A stretch of 64,000 bases of DNA, from positions 5,656-69,655 of the forward strand of contig JAZNKD010000048.1 in assembly GCA_045578385.1 (NCBI GenBank), written 5' to 3'. The stretch is from Eubacteriales bacterium (lineage in GTDB: Bacteria; Bacillota; Clostridia; Oscillospirales; CAG-272). Shown here in pieces: positions 54,594 through 64,000 of the stretch. Within the stretch, counting starts at the first letter, position 1; every line of letters begins with the position of its first letter. The notes beneath the pieces were generated by a model. It saw only the letters and a list, made by a program, of their open reading frames with translations. It did not search any database and was not told where the DNA came from. The position numbers and the translations under genes were made by a program.

Positions 54594-56180
54594 GTGATAA
54601 AAACAGATATAACGGTTGGAATAAAGTATAATACCGAAGATATAAAAGATGCTATATGCCGCGCTTTGCCCGTGCTAAAAGAAGAAATACACGAAATAAA
54701 AATAATAAAAAAACAGCTTAAAGTCGATAAAGAAAAAAGCTTTTCGCTGTCCGTCGGAATAGAGCTTTCGCCCGAGAGAGAATCCGGACTTCTCAAAATG
54801 AGAAAAAAGGTTTCGGAATATTCGGGCTTTGAATTGACGTTACCCGAGCTTAAGACGGACGTGCGCCCCGTCGTAGTAGGCGCAGGCCCGGCAGGACTGT
54901 TTGCGGCGTTAACACTTGCTGAGGCAGGAGTATGTCCTATGGTAATAGAGCGCGGAGACCGTGTCGAAGAAAGACGAAAAAAAGTTTCAAAATTCTTTAG
55001 CGAAAAAATGCTTGATGCCGAGTCGAATATACAGTTTGGAGAGGGTGGCGCAGGCGCGTTTTCCGACGGCAAGCTCAAAGTCGGCGGAATGGATAAGTAT
55101 AAATATAAGGTGCTTTCCGAGTTTGTAAATGCCGGTGCGCCCGACGATATTCTTTATACGGTCGGAGCGCATTTGGGAACTGACAAGCTTCCTGCTTACG
55201 TAAAGAGTATAAGGGAAAAAATTATTTCTCTCGGCGGTGAATTTATATATCGCGCAAGGCTTGTTTATATCGAAAATAAAAACGGCAGCGTTACGGGCGC
55301 AAGATATGAAAAAGACGGTAAAACCGAGGTCATACCCACCGACCGTATTATATTAGCTACGGGGCATAGTGCAAAAGACAGCTTTGAGATGCTGAAAGCG
55401 CAAAAAATTCCGATGGAGCAAAAGGGATTTGGTATCGGTGTTCGTATAGAGCATCCGAGAGAGTATATAAACGACCTTGTTTTAGGCGAAAAAGAGCCGC
55501 CCTCCGAAATAGGTACGGCAAGCTATCATCTCGTCACTCACTTATCTTCGGGCAGGAGCGTGTATAGCTTTTGTATGTGCCCGGGCGGCACGGTTGTTGC
55601 CGCGTCGAGCGAATGCGGCGGAGTCGTAACCAACGGAATGAGCGAGGAAGCAAGGCTTGCCGATAATTCAAACGCGGCGCATCTCGTTTCGGTAACGCCG
55701 AGCGACTTCGGCTCGGACGATATTCTTTCGGGGCTTGCACTTCAAAGACAAATAGAACGAGCAGCCTTCGTTGCAGGGGGCGGGGACTATACTGCTCCAT
55801 CGGTAAGTCTTGAAGCTTTTATGAAAAAAAGCTCGCCAAAGCTCTCGGATTCTGTGAAAGCCAGCTATCCGTGCGGAGTTTTGCCTGTATCCTGCGAGGA
55901 ATATCTGCCGAGCTTCATAACCGATTCGTTAAGGCTGGCGGTAACCGATTATGACGATTATATGCGAGGGTTTTATTATCCTGAGGCGCTTATAACGGGT
56001 GCCGAAACGCGCTCAACCTCTCCTATAAGAGTTTTAAGGAATGAAAATTATAACTCGCCTGTTCTGCGCGGTCTTTATCCTATAGGTGAGGGCGCGGGAT
56101 ATGCAGGCGGTATCGTATCCTCGGGCGTCGACGGTGTCAGATGCGCCGAAAAAATCATTTTTGAGTTAAAAAACCATTGA
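54594..56180 (+). CDS. FAD-dependent protein (COG2509-type uncharacterised dehydrogenase)
   Basis: Dinucleotide-binding motif VVVGAGPAGLFAALTLAEAG, with a C-terminal ...GEGAGYAGGIVSSGVDG. The GTG start follows aaggggg. 528 aa. Confidence 0.75.
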   Translation: MIKTDITVGIKYNTEDIKDAICRALPVLKEEIHEIKIIKKQLKVDKEKSFSLSVGIELSPERESGLLKMRKKVSEYSGFELTLPELKTDVRPVVVGAGPAGLFAALTLAEAGVCPMVIERGDRVEERRKKVSKFFSEKMLDAESNIQFGEGGAGAFSDGKLKVGGMDKYKYKVLSEFVNAGAPDDILYTVGAHLGTDKLPAYVKSIREKIISLGGEFIYRARLVYIENKNGSVTGARYEKDGKTEVIPTDRIILATGHSAKDSFEMLKAQKIPMEQKGFGIGVRIEHPREYINDLVLGEKEPPSEIGTASYHLVTHLSSGRSVYSFCMCPGGTVVAASSECGGVVTNGMSEEARLADNSNAAHLVSVTPSDFGSDDILSGLALQRQIERAAFVAGGGDYTAPSVSLEAFMKKSSPKLSDSVKASYPCGVLPVSCEEYLPSFITDSLRLAVTDYDDYMRGFYYPEALITGAETRSTSPIRVLRNENYNSPVLRGLYPIGEGAGYAGGIVSSGVDGVRCAEKIIFELKNH

Positions 56181-56190
56181 AATGAAAATA

Positions 56191-56222
56191 AAAAAGCTAT
56201 CTCGGGAGAGATAGCTTTTTTG
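56191..56222. terminator. Bidirectional rho-independent terminator
   Basis: aaaaagctatctc-ggga-gagatagcttttt lies between convergent genes. Confidence 0.8.
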
Positions 56223-56289
56223 TTTTCATTAAAAAAATAGCTTGATTTTTGTAAACTTAACCTATCAAAAACGGGTTTTATGAGATGAA

Positions 56290-57513
56290 TCAGCAAGCCC
56301 ATTCGCCATTTTCGAAGATTTTATGCTCTTTGCCGTCTTTGTCAACTCCGATGATGGAGAGGTCTGCCGTACCTATCATAAAGTCTACGTGGCTTACAGA
56401 GTCGTTGATGCCCATAGCGTGAGCCTCATCATCTGTGTACTTTTCAAAGTCGCGAAGTACGTTAGTGAAGCCCATACCTACGGCGAGATGGCAGGCAGCG
56501 TTTTCATCGTAAAGGGTGTTGTAGAACAGAACGCCGCTTTGTCTTATGGGTGAGGAGTAGGGAACGAGAGCGCATTCTCCAAGGTAGCTTGCACCTTCGT
56601 CAATAGAAAGCATTTCGGTAAGAAGCTCTCCGTTCTTTTCAGCTCCGGTCTCAACTACCTTACCGCCCTCGAATCTCATCCAGAAATTCTCAATAAGCTG
56701 TCCTCCGTAGGAAAGTGGGAGAGAGGAATATACGATACCCTCAGCCTCGCCGCGCTTGGGAGAGGTAAATACTTCCTCGGTGGGAATATTAGGATTGAAG
56801 TAAATGCCCGAAACGGTTGTATCTCCGCCGCCGCAGAACAGCGCCTCGGGAATAAGGCCTACCGTAAGGTCGGTTCCGTTTTCGGAGTGATAAACAAGCT
56901 TTCTCAGCTCAAGCGAATTGAGGTATTCGCATCTTTCCTTGAAGTTTTTGTTATGAGTATCCCACTCGGCAGAAGGGTCGTCGTAAACTCTTGAAGTATC
57001 AAGAATAGCTTCCCAAAGCTTTTCGATGGCAACCGAAGTTCTCATACCGGGGAACACCTTTTTTGCCCACGCGGGACCGGGGACTCCTGCGATACACCAC
57101 TGATAGCGGTTTTCCATCTTACGTCTTATAGGCTTTATTGCAAGCGCTCTTGCAGCTCTTGCCTTTGCGTATTTTTTCTGATTAACGCCCTTAAGTCCGT
57201 CGGGGTCTTCTGAGGTTAGGTATATTTTTGCAGGGAGAACCTCGAGCTGATGCTCCCATTTTTTCATAATCCAATCGTCGAGCGTTTCAAGCGTCTTTGC
57301 GCTCTGATATCTGATAGCAAGCTTTTCAAGAGGCTGATAGCTCCAGTCAACGTTAACCTTTTTAGCGCCGAGTTTGTAGCACTCCTCAACGAGAAGCTTA
57401 ACGAATTCGGGCTGGTCAAGCTCCGCAGAAATAATAACCTCCTGTCCCTTTTGAACAGCCGCGCCCTGCTCGGCTATGAGTCTTGCGTATTTTTTGAGTC
57501 TTGTTTTGTTCAT
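56290..57513 (-). CDS. Aminopeptidase, M29 family (AmpS/PepS-like)
   Basis: KKYARLIAEQGAAVQKGQEVIISAELDQPEFVKLLVEECYKLGAKKV...; C-terminal HLAVGMGF and HVDFMIG motifs. 407 aa. Confidence 0.85.
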   Translation of the reverse strand: MNKTRLKKYARLIAEQGAAVQKGQEVIISAELDQPEFVKLLVEECYKLGAKKVNVDWSYQPLEKLAIRYQSAKTLETLDDWIMKKWEHQLEVLPAKIYLTSEDPDGLKGVNQKKYAKARAARALAIKPIRRKMENRYQWCIAGVPGPAWAKKVFPGMRTSVAIEKLWEAILDTSRVYDDPSAEWDTHNKNFKERCEYLNSLELRKLVYHSENGTDLTVGLIPEALFCGGGDTTVSGIYFNPNIPTEEVFTSPKRGEAEGIVYSSLPLSYGGQLIENFWMRFEGGKVVETGAEKNGELLTEMLSIDEGASYLGECALVPYSSPIRQSGVLFYNTLYDENAACHLAVGMGFTNVLRDFEKYTDDEAHAMGINDSVSHVDFMIGTADLSIIGVDKDGKEHKIFENGEWAC

Positions 57514-57543
57514 TTTCGTCTCCTTGTATCTTTCTCTTATATT

Positions 57544-58968
57544 TTAAATTTCTTTAAGAACGTTTATGAGATATTCCCATACTCTTGCGGTAGAGCTTAT
57601 AGACAAATGCTCCTCTGTTGTGTGAATATCGTAATTATCGGGGCCGAGGGAAATGCAGTCAAGTCCCTCTATCTTATCCGAGAAGATACCGCATTCAAGA
57701 CCCGCGTGAATAGTGATAACCTTTGCTTCCTTGCCGTACATTTCGTAAAATACGCGGCAGGCAATATCTCTTATGTGAGAATCTGCTTTGTATTCCCATG
57801 CAGGATAATCACCTCTTGACGAGAAGCTTGCGTTATGCCTTTCCGCTACGGCACGAAGATTATCAACAAGGGCTTTCTTTGACGCAGCCTTTGCCGAGCG
57901 AACCGAAACTGTCATATGGAATACGCCGCCGTCGATTCTTACGATACCTATGTTCTCCGAGCTTTCGGGGAGTCCCTCGATTTCGCGGCTCATAGCTATA
58001 ACGCCCGATTCGGTTTCATTGATAATCGAAAGAACGGTTTCGCTCGAGGCCTTTTCAAGAATGGGATACTCAAAATCGCTTTCTTCAAGGGTAAGCTTAA
58101 TACCGCCGTCGGTGGACTTATATTCTTCGGTAAATCTTTTCTCCGCGGACTTAACTGCCGATTCTACGTCTCCATTCGATACGAAATACGCTGTGCAGTC
58201 TCTCGGTATAGCGTTATCTGCGTTGCCGCCGTGAATTGAAGCGATTCTTACGTCGGATATATCCGAAAGAGCTTTTGCAAGAATCTTGATGGCGTTGGCT
58301 CTGCCTCTGTCAATCTCAACGCCGCTGTGACCACCGAGCAGTCCCGAAACGGTAAGCTTATATTTTTTACCGTTGCACATTTCGTAGTTTACGGGAAGGG
58401 TAATATCGGTACGTATTCCGCCTGCGCATCCGACGGTGAATATACCCTCGTCGTCGGAGTCTACGTTTATCATAATTTTTCCGTTAAGCTTTGACGTATC
58501 AAGCGCAGTGGCGCCGAGAAGTCCTATTTCCTCGTCCGAGGTAAAGAGCGCCTCAAGCGCAGGGTGCTGAATTTCATCCGAATCGAGCAGTGCAAGGCAA
58601 TATGCAACAGCAACTCCGTCGTCACCGCCGAGCGTCGTTCCGCGCGCTCTTAAGAAATCACCGTCGCGGTAAACGTCAAGTCCTTCTTTCGTCATATCCA
58701 ACGCCGAGTCGGGAAGCTTTTCCGCAACCATATCGGTGTGTCCTTGAATTATTACGGCAGGTCGGCCCTCAAAACCGCGCGTTGCCGCCTTTTTTATAAT
58801 TACGTTGTCTTTTTCATCACGGTAATATTCAAGACCGCGGCTCTTTGCGAAGCTCACGAGGTAATCTGCAATAGGAGCAGTATTTCCCGAGCCGTGAGGT
58901 ATCCTTGAAATTTCAAGAAAATATCCAAAGACTGCCTCGGCGTTTTTATAATCGCTGAAATCTATCAT
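57544..58968 (-). CDS. pepD: Aminoacyl-histidine (Xaa-His) dipeptidase, M20C
   Basis: The ATG at 58968 follows the RBS aaggag. Motifs: IPHGSGN, IQGHTDMV, TSDEEIGLLGA and IHAGLECG. 474 aa. Confidence 0.85.
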   Translation of the reverse strand: MIDFSDYKNAEAVFGYFLEISRIPHGSGNTAPIADYLVSFAKSRGLEYYRDEKDNVIIKKAATRGFEGRPAVIIQGHTDMVAEKLPDSALDMTKEGLDVYRDGDFLRARGTTLGGDDGVAVAYCLALLDSDEIQHPALEALFTSDEEIGLLGATALDTSKLNGKIMINVDSDDEGIFTVGCAGGIRTDITLPVNYEMCNGKKYKLTVSGLLGGHSGVEIDRGRANAIKILAKALSDISDVRIASIHGGNADNAIPRDCTAYFVSNGDVESAVKSAEKRFTEEYKSTDGGIKLTLEESDFEYPILEKASSETVLSIINETESGVIAMSREIEGLPESSENIGIVRIDGGVFHMTVSVRSAKAASKKALVDNLRAVAERHNASFSSRGDYPAWEYKADSHIRDIACRVFYEMYGKEAKVITIHAGLECGIFSDKIEGLDCISLGPDNYDIHTTEEHLSISSTARVWEYLINVLKEI

Positions 58969-59137
58969 AAAATACTCCTTTCCCATAAGCCGCGTTTGTA
59001 TGAGTGAGAATAGAAAAAACGGTTGTAAGGCTTACTTATTTACTATTTTATATTATTTTTACTGTAATTTCAACAGTAAAGTTGACTTTTAATGAAAAAA
59101 GTTGTAAAATAATTAAAAAACTTTCTATGGAGTTATT

Positions 59138-60409
59138 ATGAAAAAAGATATTAAAGGACTTTGCGAGTTCTTAAAAAACGCCAAAACGCAGTATCACGCT
59201 GTTTCGGAGATAGCAAAAATGCTTGATGAAGCAGGCTTCGTCAGACTCTACGAGCACGAGGCGTGGGAGCTTTCCGTCGGTCAGCTTTATTACGTGGTGC
59301 GCGACGGCTCGTCTCTTATAGCCTGGAGAAATACCTTTGGCGGATTTATGATTTCTGCGGCTCATACCGATTCACCCTGCTTCAGAGTTAAGGAAAATAT
59401 CGCGTCGGGCGCGTACGTGAAGCTCGATACCGAAAAATACGGCGGAATGATAAATTACACCTGGCTTGACAGACCGCTTACCGTTGCGGGCAGACTCGCG
59501 CTTAAAACCGAAAAGGGCGTAGTTATGAAGCTTTGCGATATAGGTAAGACCGAGGTCGTAATACCCAGCCTTGCCATTCATATGAACAGAACGGTAAACG
59601 ATTCGCTTAAGCTGAATCCCGCAGTCGACCTTCTTCCTCTCGCATCTCTTTCGGGCGGTGCGGATATATTTGAGCTTGTGGCAAAATCAGTAGGCGCAAA
59701 AAAAGAGGAAATCGTATCTCACGAGCTGTTTTTGGTGTCTGCGGAAGAGCCTCGCGTGTTCGGAGCATTAGACGAATTTCTGCTCTCTCCGAGACTTGAC
59801 GATCTTTCATCCGTTTATGCTGCGCTTATGGGATTCTTGGGTATGGATGCAGGACTTTCAACACCCGTATTCGCGGTATTTGATAACGAGGAGGTTGGCT
59901 CCGAAACGAAGCAGGGAGCAGGCTCTACCTTCTTAAGAGATACCTTAAGACGTATATCCGACAGCGAGGAGCATTATCTCGAAAGAGTGGGCTCGTCGTT
60001 TATGGTTTCTGCGGATAACGCTCACGCCGTTCACCCAAATCACCCCGAGTTTGCAGACAAAAATAACGCCCCCGTGCTCGGCGGCGGCGTAGTCGTTAAA
60101 TATAACGCAAATCAGAGATATGCAACCGATGCTCTTTCGGATGGACTCCTTCGCAGAATTGCCGACAAAGCAAAGGTAAAGCTTCAGAGCTATTATAACA
60201 GAGCCGACCTTCCCGGCGGTTCAACACTCGGCTCAATTTCGGATACTCGTGTTTCTGTTGCAACGGTTGATATAGGACTTCCGCAGCTTGCAATGCACTC
60301 TGCAAACGAAACTATGGCAATCTCCGACTTCTTGGGAATGCAGAAGCTGTTTTCAGAATTTTTCGCTTCCACGCTCTATATAGAAGGCGATTTTATCAGC
60401 ATTATCTGA
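59138..60409 (+). CDS. M18 family aminopeptidase (aspartyl aminopeptidase-like)
   Basis: AAHTDSPCFRVK, DNEEVGS and SADNAHAVHPN motifs. 423 aa. Confidence 0.85.
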   Translation: MKKDIKGLCEFLKNAKTQYHAVSEIAKMLDEAGFVRLYEHEAWELSVGQLYYVVRDGSSLIAWRNTFGGFMISAAHTDSPCFRVKENIASGAYVKLDTEKYGGMINYTWLDRPLTVAGRLALKTEKGVVMKLCDIGKTEVVIPSLAIHMNRTVNDSLKLNPAVDLLPLASLSGGADIFELVAKSVGAKKEEIVSHELFLVSAEEPRVFGALDEFLLSPRLDDLSSVYAALMGFLGMDAGLSTPVFAVFDNEEVGSETKQGAGSTFLRDTLRRISDSEEHYLERVGSSFMVSADNAHAVHPNHPEFADKNNAPVLGGGVVVKYNANQRYATDALSDGLLRRIADKAKVKLQSYYNRADLPGGSTLGSISDTRVSVATVDIGLPQLAMHSANETMAISDFLGMQKLFSEFFASTLYIEGDFISII

Positions 60410-60430
60410 TAAAAATATCTAAAAAAATGA

Positions 60431-60469
60431 AAGACCGTCAAGTGCTAAAATGCATTCAGCGGTCTTTTT
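60431..60469 (+). terminator. Terminator candidate
   Basis: aagaccg-(22 nt loop)-cggtctt is followed by ttt. The loop is large. Confidence 0.45.
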
Positions 60470-60530
60470 GTTATTGTTGCAGTTGTATTTGTATGATTTC
60501 AGAGTTTTTCAAGAGCGAAAACTTTTTAAA

Positions 60531-61004
60531 TCAAACCTCGTAGGGCTTTGATACGTCAACCCATATAAATTTGCCGACGAATTTTTCAAGCTCGGGTATT
60601 GTAAGCTCTATTGCGCTGTTCGAGCTTCCGCAAGCGGGGAAAACGGTTTCAAATCGTTTCATTGATTCGTCAAGGTAAATTTCAACTCCATCATTAACCG
60701 CAAAAGGACACACGCCCCCTACTGCGTGACCGATAAGCGATGACGCTTCCTCGGGAGTTAGCATCTTTGCCTTCGCCTTGAAAGCAGCCTTGTACTTCGA
60801 GTTATCAACCTTAACGTCTCCCGCCATAACGACGAGAATAGGTCCCGAGGGCAGCATAAATGAAAGCGTTTTTGCTATACGCGCGCCCTCTGTATCTAGC
60901 GCTTTTGCTGCAAGCTCAACCGTAGCAGAGGAAACCTCGAACTCCATAATTCTATCCTCTGCGCCAAACTTTTTCAAATAATTCTTTACGTTTTGTATAC
61001 TCAT
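60531..61004 (-). CDS. YbaK/ProX-type aminoacyl-tRNA deacylase (editing domain protein)
   Basis: 157 aa, with ...IAKTLSF... and GHAVGGVCPF motifs. Confidence 0.75.
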   Translation of the reverse strand: MSIQNVKNYLKKFGAEDRIMEFEVSSATVELAAKALDTEGARIAKTLSFMLPSGPILVVMAGDVKVDNSKYKAAFKAKAKMLTPEEASSLIGHAVGGVCPFAVNDGVEIYLDESMKRFETVFPACGSSNSAIELTIPELEKFVGKFIWVDVSKPYEV

Positions 61005-61685
61005 TTACGTGTTTCGCCCTTTCTCTACGCCTGTAACTGTAAGAGTATTTTTGAAAACCTTAAAGGAGATTTCGTATTCGGCAAATGAAAACGTATATAT
61101 TCGCTCCTCGTTTTCTATATAAGACGGTCTTGGGTCGTCTGCAAGCAAGCGAATGAGGCTCTCTTGCTTTTCTTCTTCAATAAGATTCTTCAGCTCTGTG
61201 GGGAAATTCACCTTGAGCGAGTATTCGCGAACCTCATCGGCAAAGCCGCAGATTGCGTCGGGATGACTGTCGGTAAAGCTCAGGTACGGCTTTATATCGT
61301 AGATGGGCGTTCCGTCAAGCAAATCTGCTCCGCTGACTATAAGCACGCACCCCTCGTCCTTCGTTTCCTTTACTTCAAGAAGCTTGACGGATGATAGACC
61401 TATCGGATTGGGTCTGAAGGGGGAGCGCGTAGCGAAAACGCCCATTCGTTTGTTTCCGCCAAGGCGTGGCGGTCTTACCGTCGGAGAAAATATGTCACGC
61501 TTAGCCTCGGAGAATTCCCATATAAGCCATAAATGAGAGTAGCCGTCAATTCCTCGGAGTGCTTCCTTCGCTCTGTATTCCGGCTCGAAAACTATTTTTG
61601 ATTTAAAGCTTTCAAGTATACCGCTTTGTCTAGGTATGCCGAACTTTTCCTTAAAATCGTTATAAATTCGTGCGATAATCTTCAT
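61005..61685 (-). CDS. trmO: tRNA (t6A37-N6)-methyltransferase TrmO (TsaA/YaeB family)
   Basis: FGIPRQSG, YSHLWLIWEFS and GVFATRSPFRPNPIGLSSVKLL motifs. 226 aa. Confidence 0.85.
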   Translation of the reverse strand: MKIIARIYNDFKEKFGIPRQSGILESFKSKIVFEPEYRAKEALRGIDGYSHLWLIWEFSEAKRDIFSPTVRPPRLGGNKRMGVFATRSPFRPNPIGLSSVKLLEVKETKDEGCVLIVSGADLLDGTPIYDIKPYLSFTDSHPDAICGFADEVREYSLKVNFPTELKNLIEEEKQESLIRLLADDPRPSYIENEERIYTFSFAEYEISFKVFKNTLTVTGVEKGRNT

Positions 61686-62030
61686 TTAGAAGTTTTCTCC
61701 GGCAAAGCCCCAATGCTCGCATTCCTCGTATTTAACGTATATTCTGTCGTTAGGTACTCCAAGCGTGTTTGAAACGGTGTCGCATATAGCCTCTGTAAGC
61801 TTGTCGTATACCGCGTCGGTTGTAGTTCCGAGAAGCTCGACGTTAATATACGCGGTGTCGGCATCTGCGTTTCCCGAAAAAGCCATTCTGCATTCGTCAC
61901 TGAAATTAAGCATAAGCCATCTTTCCGTTTTGCCGGGGATAAGAGTGATAATTTTTCCGAATTTTTCTCTAAGTACAGCTTCGTTATCTTTTGATATTTT
62001 AGCCGATGTTTTCAAATCAATAAATGGCAT
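61686..62030 (-). CDS. MIF/tautomerase-superfamily protein
   Basis: The ATG at 62030 follows ggagaaaaat. The mature N-terminus is Met-Pro (MPFIDLKTS), typical of Pro-1 tautomerases. 114 aa. Confidence 0.5.
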   Translation of the reverse strand: MPFIDLKTSAKISKDNEAVLREKFGKIITLIPGKTERWLMLNFSDECRMAFSGNADADTAYINVELLGTTTDAVYDKLTEAICDTVSNTLGVPNDRIYVKYEECEHWGFAGENF

Positions 62031-62074
62031 ATTTTTCTCCTTTAGATACAAAAAAGTAAATTTAAGTGGTCAAA

Positions 62075-63349
62075 TCAAAGCTTTTTGCACTCAGCAAAAT
62101 CCTTATAGAGATAAAGCGAGCCGCAAACTACAACTAGATTCCCGAGTGAAAGAGCATACTTGTACGCTTCGCTTATTTCGTCAAACCAAAGTCCCGTATA
62201 TCCGAGCTTTTCAGCTTTTCTGTAAAGCTCGGACGCGCCTGCGGCACGGGGATTATCTTTAACGGTAGTGAAAATGAACTTCGTATTGTTTTCATTCAGC
62301 ATTTTAAGAGAGTCTGCGATTTCCTTGTCTTTCATACAGGCAAAAATTACGGTTTTATCTGCTTTTTTGAAGTAACGGTCGAGCGATTTCGTCAAAGCCT
62401 CAATTCCGTTTTCATTGTGACCGCCGTCGTATATAACGGTCGGGTTTTTGCGGATAAGCTCAAATCTTGCAGGATTTTTCGCCTTTGAAATTCCTCGTCT
62501 GATAAAGGCTTCCTCTATACCCAGCGCTTTAGCTGCAAGAGCTGCAAGCGAGGCGTTTTCAATCTGATGGTATCCCGAAATTCCGGTTACCAAACGGTCG
62601 AGATTACCGATAGAGAAGCATTCTCTTATGCCGGTGGGATATAGCGATACGGGTGATGCGACCTCAAGCGTACAACCGTTTTCTTCAGCTTTGTTTTTAA
62701 GAACTTCAAGCGCCTCGGGCTCCTGGTTTACTGTGATTACAGCGCCCGTTCTTGAATTTTTCTTTATAATTCCTGCTTTTGCCCGCGCGATATCCGAAAG
62801 GGTATTTCCAAGATACCCCGTATGGTCTATTCCAAGCCTTGTTATTATAGCGACCTCGTTGCCGGAAATTATGTTAGTTGCGTCAAATTCTCCGCCGAGT
62901 CCAACCTCAAGCACCACGTAATCGCATTTTTTCTCGGCAAAGTATACAAAAGCCGCAGCCGTCCAGATTTCAAACTGCGTCGGGGCGAGCGAAAGCTCCT
63001 TTTCAACCTCTTTTGAAAACGGCTCTATTAAATTCAGTATTCGGGTAAGGTCGCCGTCTGAAATATCCGTACCGTTGATACTTATTCTTTCGTTTACGCG
63101 AATAAGATTCGGAGAAATATATTTACCGACGTTATAACCTGCTTCTTCAAGGATAGAAGCCATATTGGCAGAGACGGAGCCTTTTCCGTTGGTTCCTGCA
63201 ATATGAATAAATTTCAGTTTATTTTCGGGATGCCCGAGATAATCGAGCAGTCTTGAAATTCTCTCAAGACCGGGAACTGTAACAGCCTGAAAGCTGTTAG
63301 CATAAGACTTAAAATCTGACGTTGTCATTTTATCCACCGCAATAATCAA
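62075..63349 (-). CDS. folC: Bifunctional folylpolyglutamate synthase / dihydrofolate synthase
   Basis: Mur-ligase P-loop HIAGTNGKGS, EVGLGGEFDATN and DGGHNENG motifs. 424 aa. Confidence 0.9.
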   Translation of the reverse strand: MIIAVDKMTTSDFKSYANSFQAVTVPGLERISRLLDYLGHPENKLKFIHIAGTNGKGSVSANMASILEEAGYNVGKYISPNLIRVNERISINGTDISDGDLTRILNLIEPFSKEVEKELSLAPTQFEIWTAAAFVYFAEKKCDYVVLEVGLGGEFDATNIISGNEVAIITRLGIDHTGYLGNTLSDIARAKAGIIKKNSRTGAVITVNQEPEALEVLKNKAEENGCTLEVASPVSLYPTGIRECFSIGNLDRLVTGISGYHQIENASLAALAAKALGIEEAFIRRGISKAKNPARFELIRKNPTVIYDGGHNENGIEALTKSLDRYFKKADKTVIFACMKDKEIADSLKMLNENNTKFIFTTVKDNPRAAGASELYRKAEKLGYTGLWFDEISEAYKYALSLGNLVVVCGSLYLYKDFAECKKL

Positions 63350-63876
63350 AGTTTGTTTGATAGCTTATCAATCTGAGGATTAAGAAGCTTAGCGAGTATA
63401 TAATAGGTAACGATTCGTACCGCGAGATTTATAGCCGAATTGATTGCTCTCATACCAAGAGTAAATCCCCACGTCCAATCGTACATAAAAACGAATATAG
63501 GAGATTTCAGAAGAAAATCAACGAAGATTGCCACCGTACCGAAGCAGAGAATTGTGCGAATAACGGAGACTTTTTTCTTATGAAGAAAAAGACCGAATAT
63601 AAATCCGCTTAAAAATTGGCAGGCGGATATCCATACGTTAGGGGCGTAACCCGAGAAAAGAGAGCCGATAATGTCAGCTATAAGATAACTGAGTCCCGCA
63701 TATAATGGGCCGAGCATATATCCGACGTACGCAATCGGTAAAAATCCTATTTCAAATCGGAAAGGCGTCCCCTCGGGGGAAAATCCGATAAATCTGCAAA
63801 AGACTACGGACATAGCTATCATAACCGAGGTCACGGTGAGAGCGAAAACGTTACTTTTGATTGTTTTGTTTTTCAA
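63346..63876 (-). CDS. folT: ECF transporter S component, folate family
   Basis: 176 aa with 5-6 TM helices. The N-terminus is ...LTVTSVMIAMSVVFCRFIGFSP. A TTG start lies 9 nt after ggaggt. It overlaps the folC start. Confidence 0.7.
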   Translation of the reverse strand: MKNKTIKSNVFALTVTSVMIAMSVVFCRFIGFSPEGTPFRFEIGFLPIAYVGYMLGPLYAGLSYLIADIIGSLFSGYAPNVWISACQFLSGFIFGLFLHKKKVSVIRTILCFGTVAIFVDFLLKSPIFVFMYDWTWGFTLGMRAINSAINLAVRIVTYYILAKLLNPQIDKLSNKL

Positions 63877-64000
63877 AATAAAAATACCTCCATAGAACAG
63901 ATTTACATCTTATGTCCTTGGAGGCGCAGAATTTTTATCGGCAAAGTGAAAAACCGTTCGGTTTTACAAAGCGAATAAGCTCTGAGTATTATTCCTTGGG
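63877..64000 (-). promoter_or_regulatory. folT leader with an RBS-sequestering helix (truncated by the window edge)
   Basis: On the minus strand, CCTCCA (within GCGCCTCCAAGG) is complementary to TGGAGG, which overlaps the RBS 30 nt downstream. An upstream hairpin AAAACC-GAAC-GGTTTT is also present. Confidence 0.3.

Overview
This 64-kb chromosomal segment appears to come from an anaerobic Firmicute. The class Clostridia is inferred from gene content: PFOR, Rex, DUF1385-PrmC, DUF4317, B. subtilis-type DnaD/DnaI, ECF FolT and an L-box. About 50 protein genes are packed on both strands, and most are housekeeping. They include a MacB-like ABC transporter, hpf, maf, nth, nifJ/PFOR, manA, prmC, ddl, murI, rbfA, a DHH phosphoesterase, galU, rimI, tsaD, rex, dnaD/dnaI-like genes and nagB. 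They also include an Mgl-type sugar ABC transporter, three aminopeptidases, a ybaK-like gene, trmO, folC and folT. No integrase, transposase, CRISPR/cas, rRNA or recognisable defence genes were seen. Six parts are not ordinary. (1) The block at 33.7-36.4 kb is mostly non-coding. Its single tRNA-Arg(CCG) sits inside arrays of its own fragments: two truncated 5' copies upstream (one with a 113-nt D-loop insertion) and 41-nt repeats seeded by the tRNA 3' end downstream. A 535-bp hairpin-rich gene-free stretch lies nearby. (2) A 111-bp tandem repeat (about 3.7 copies) lies between the PFOR stop codon and the first terminator-like hairpin. (3) A 2,464-aa BspA-type leucine-rich-repeat lipoprotein carries a recent internal 207-bp duplication. 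(4) A lysine riboswitch controls an amino-acid ABC importer. (5) An unclassified structured leader precedes a strongly codon-biased lipoprotein gene. (6) A PocR-AraC regulator is translationally coupled to an SbcD/SbcC-like (YhaO/YhaN-type) pair, and the SMC-like ATPase has a two-helix membrane hairpin. All family assignments come from motifs read in the translations. No searches were run.
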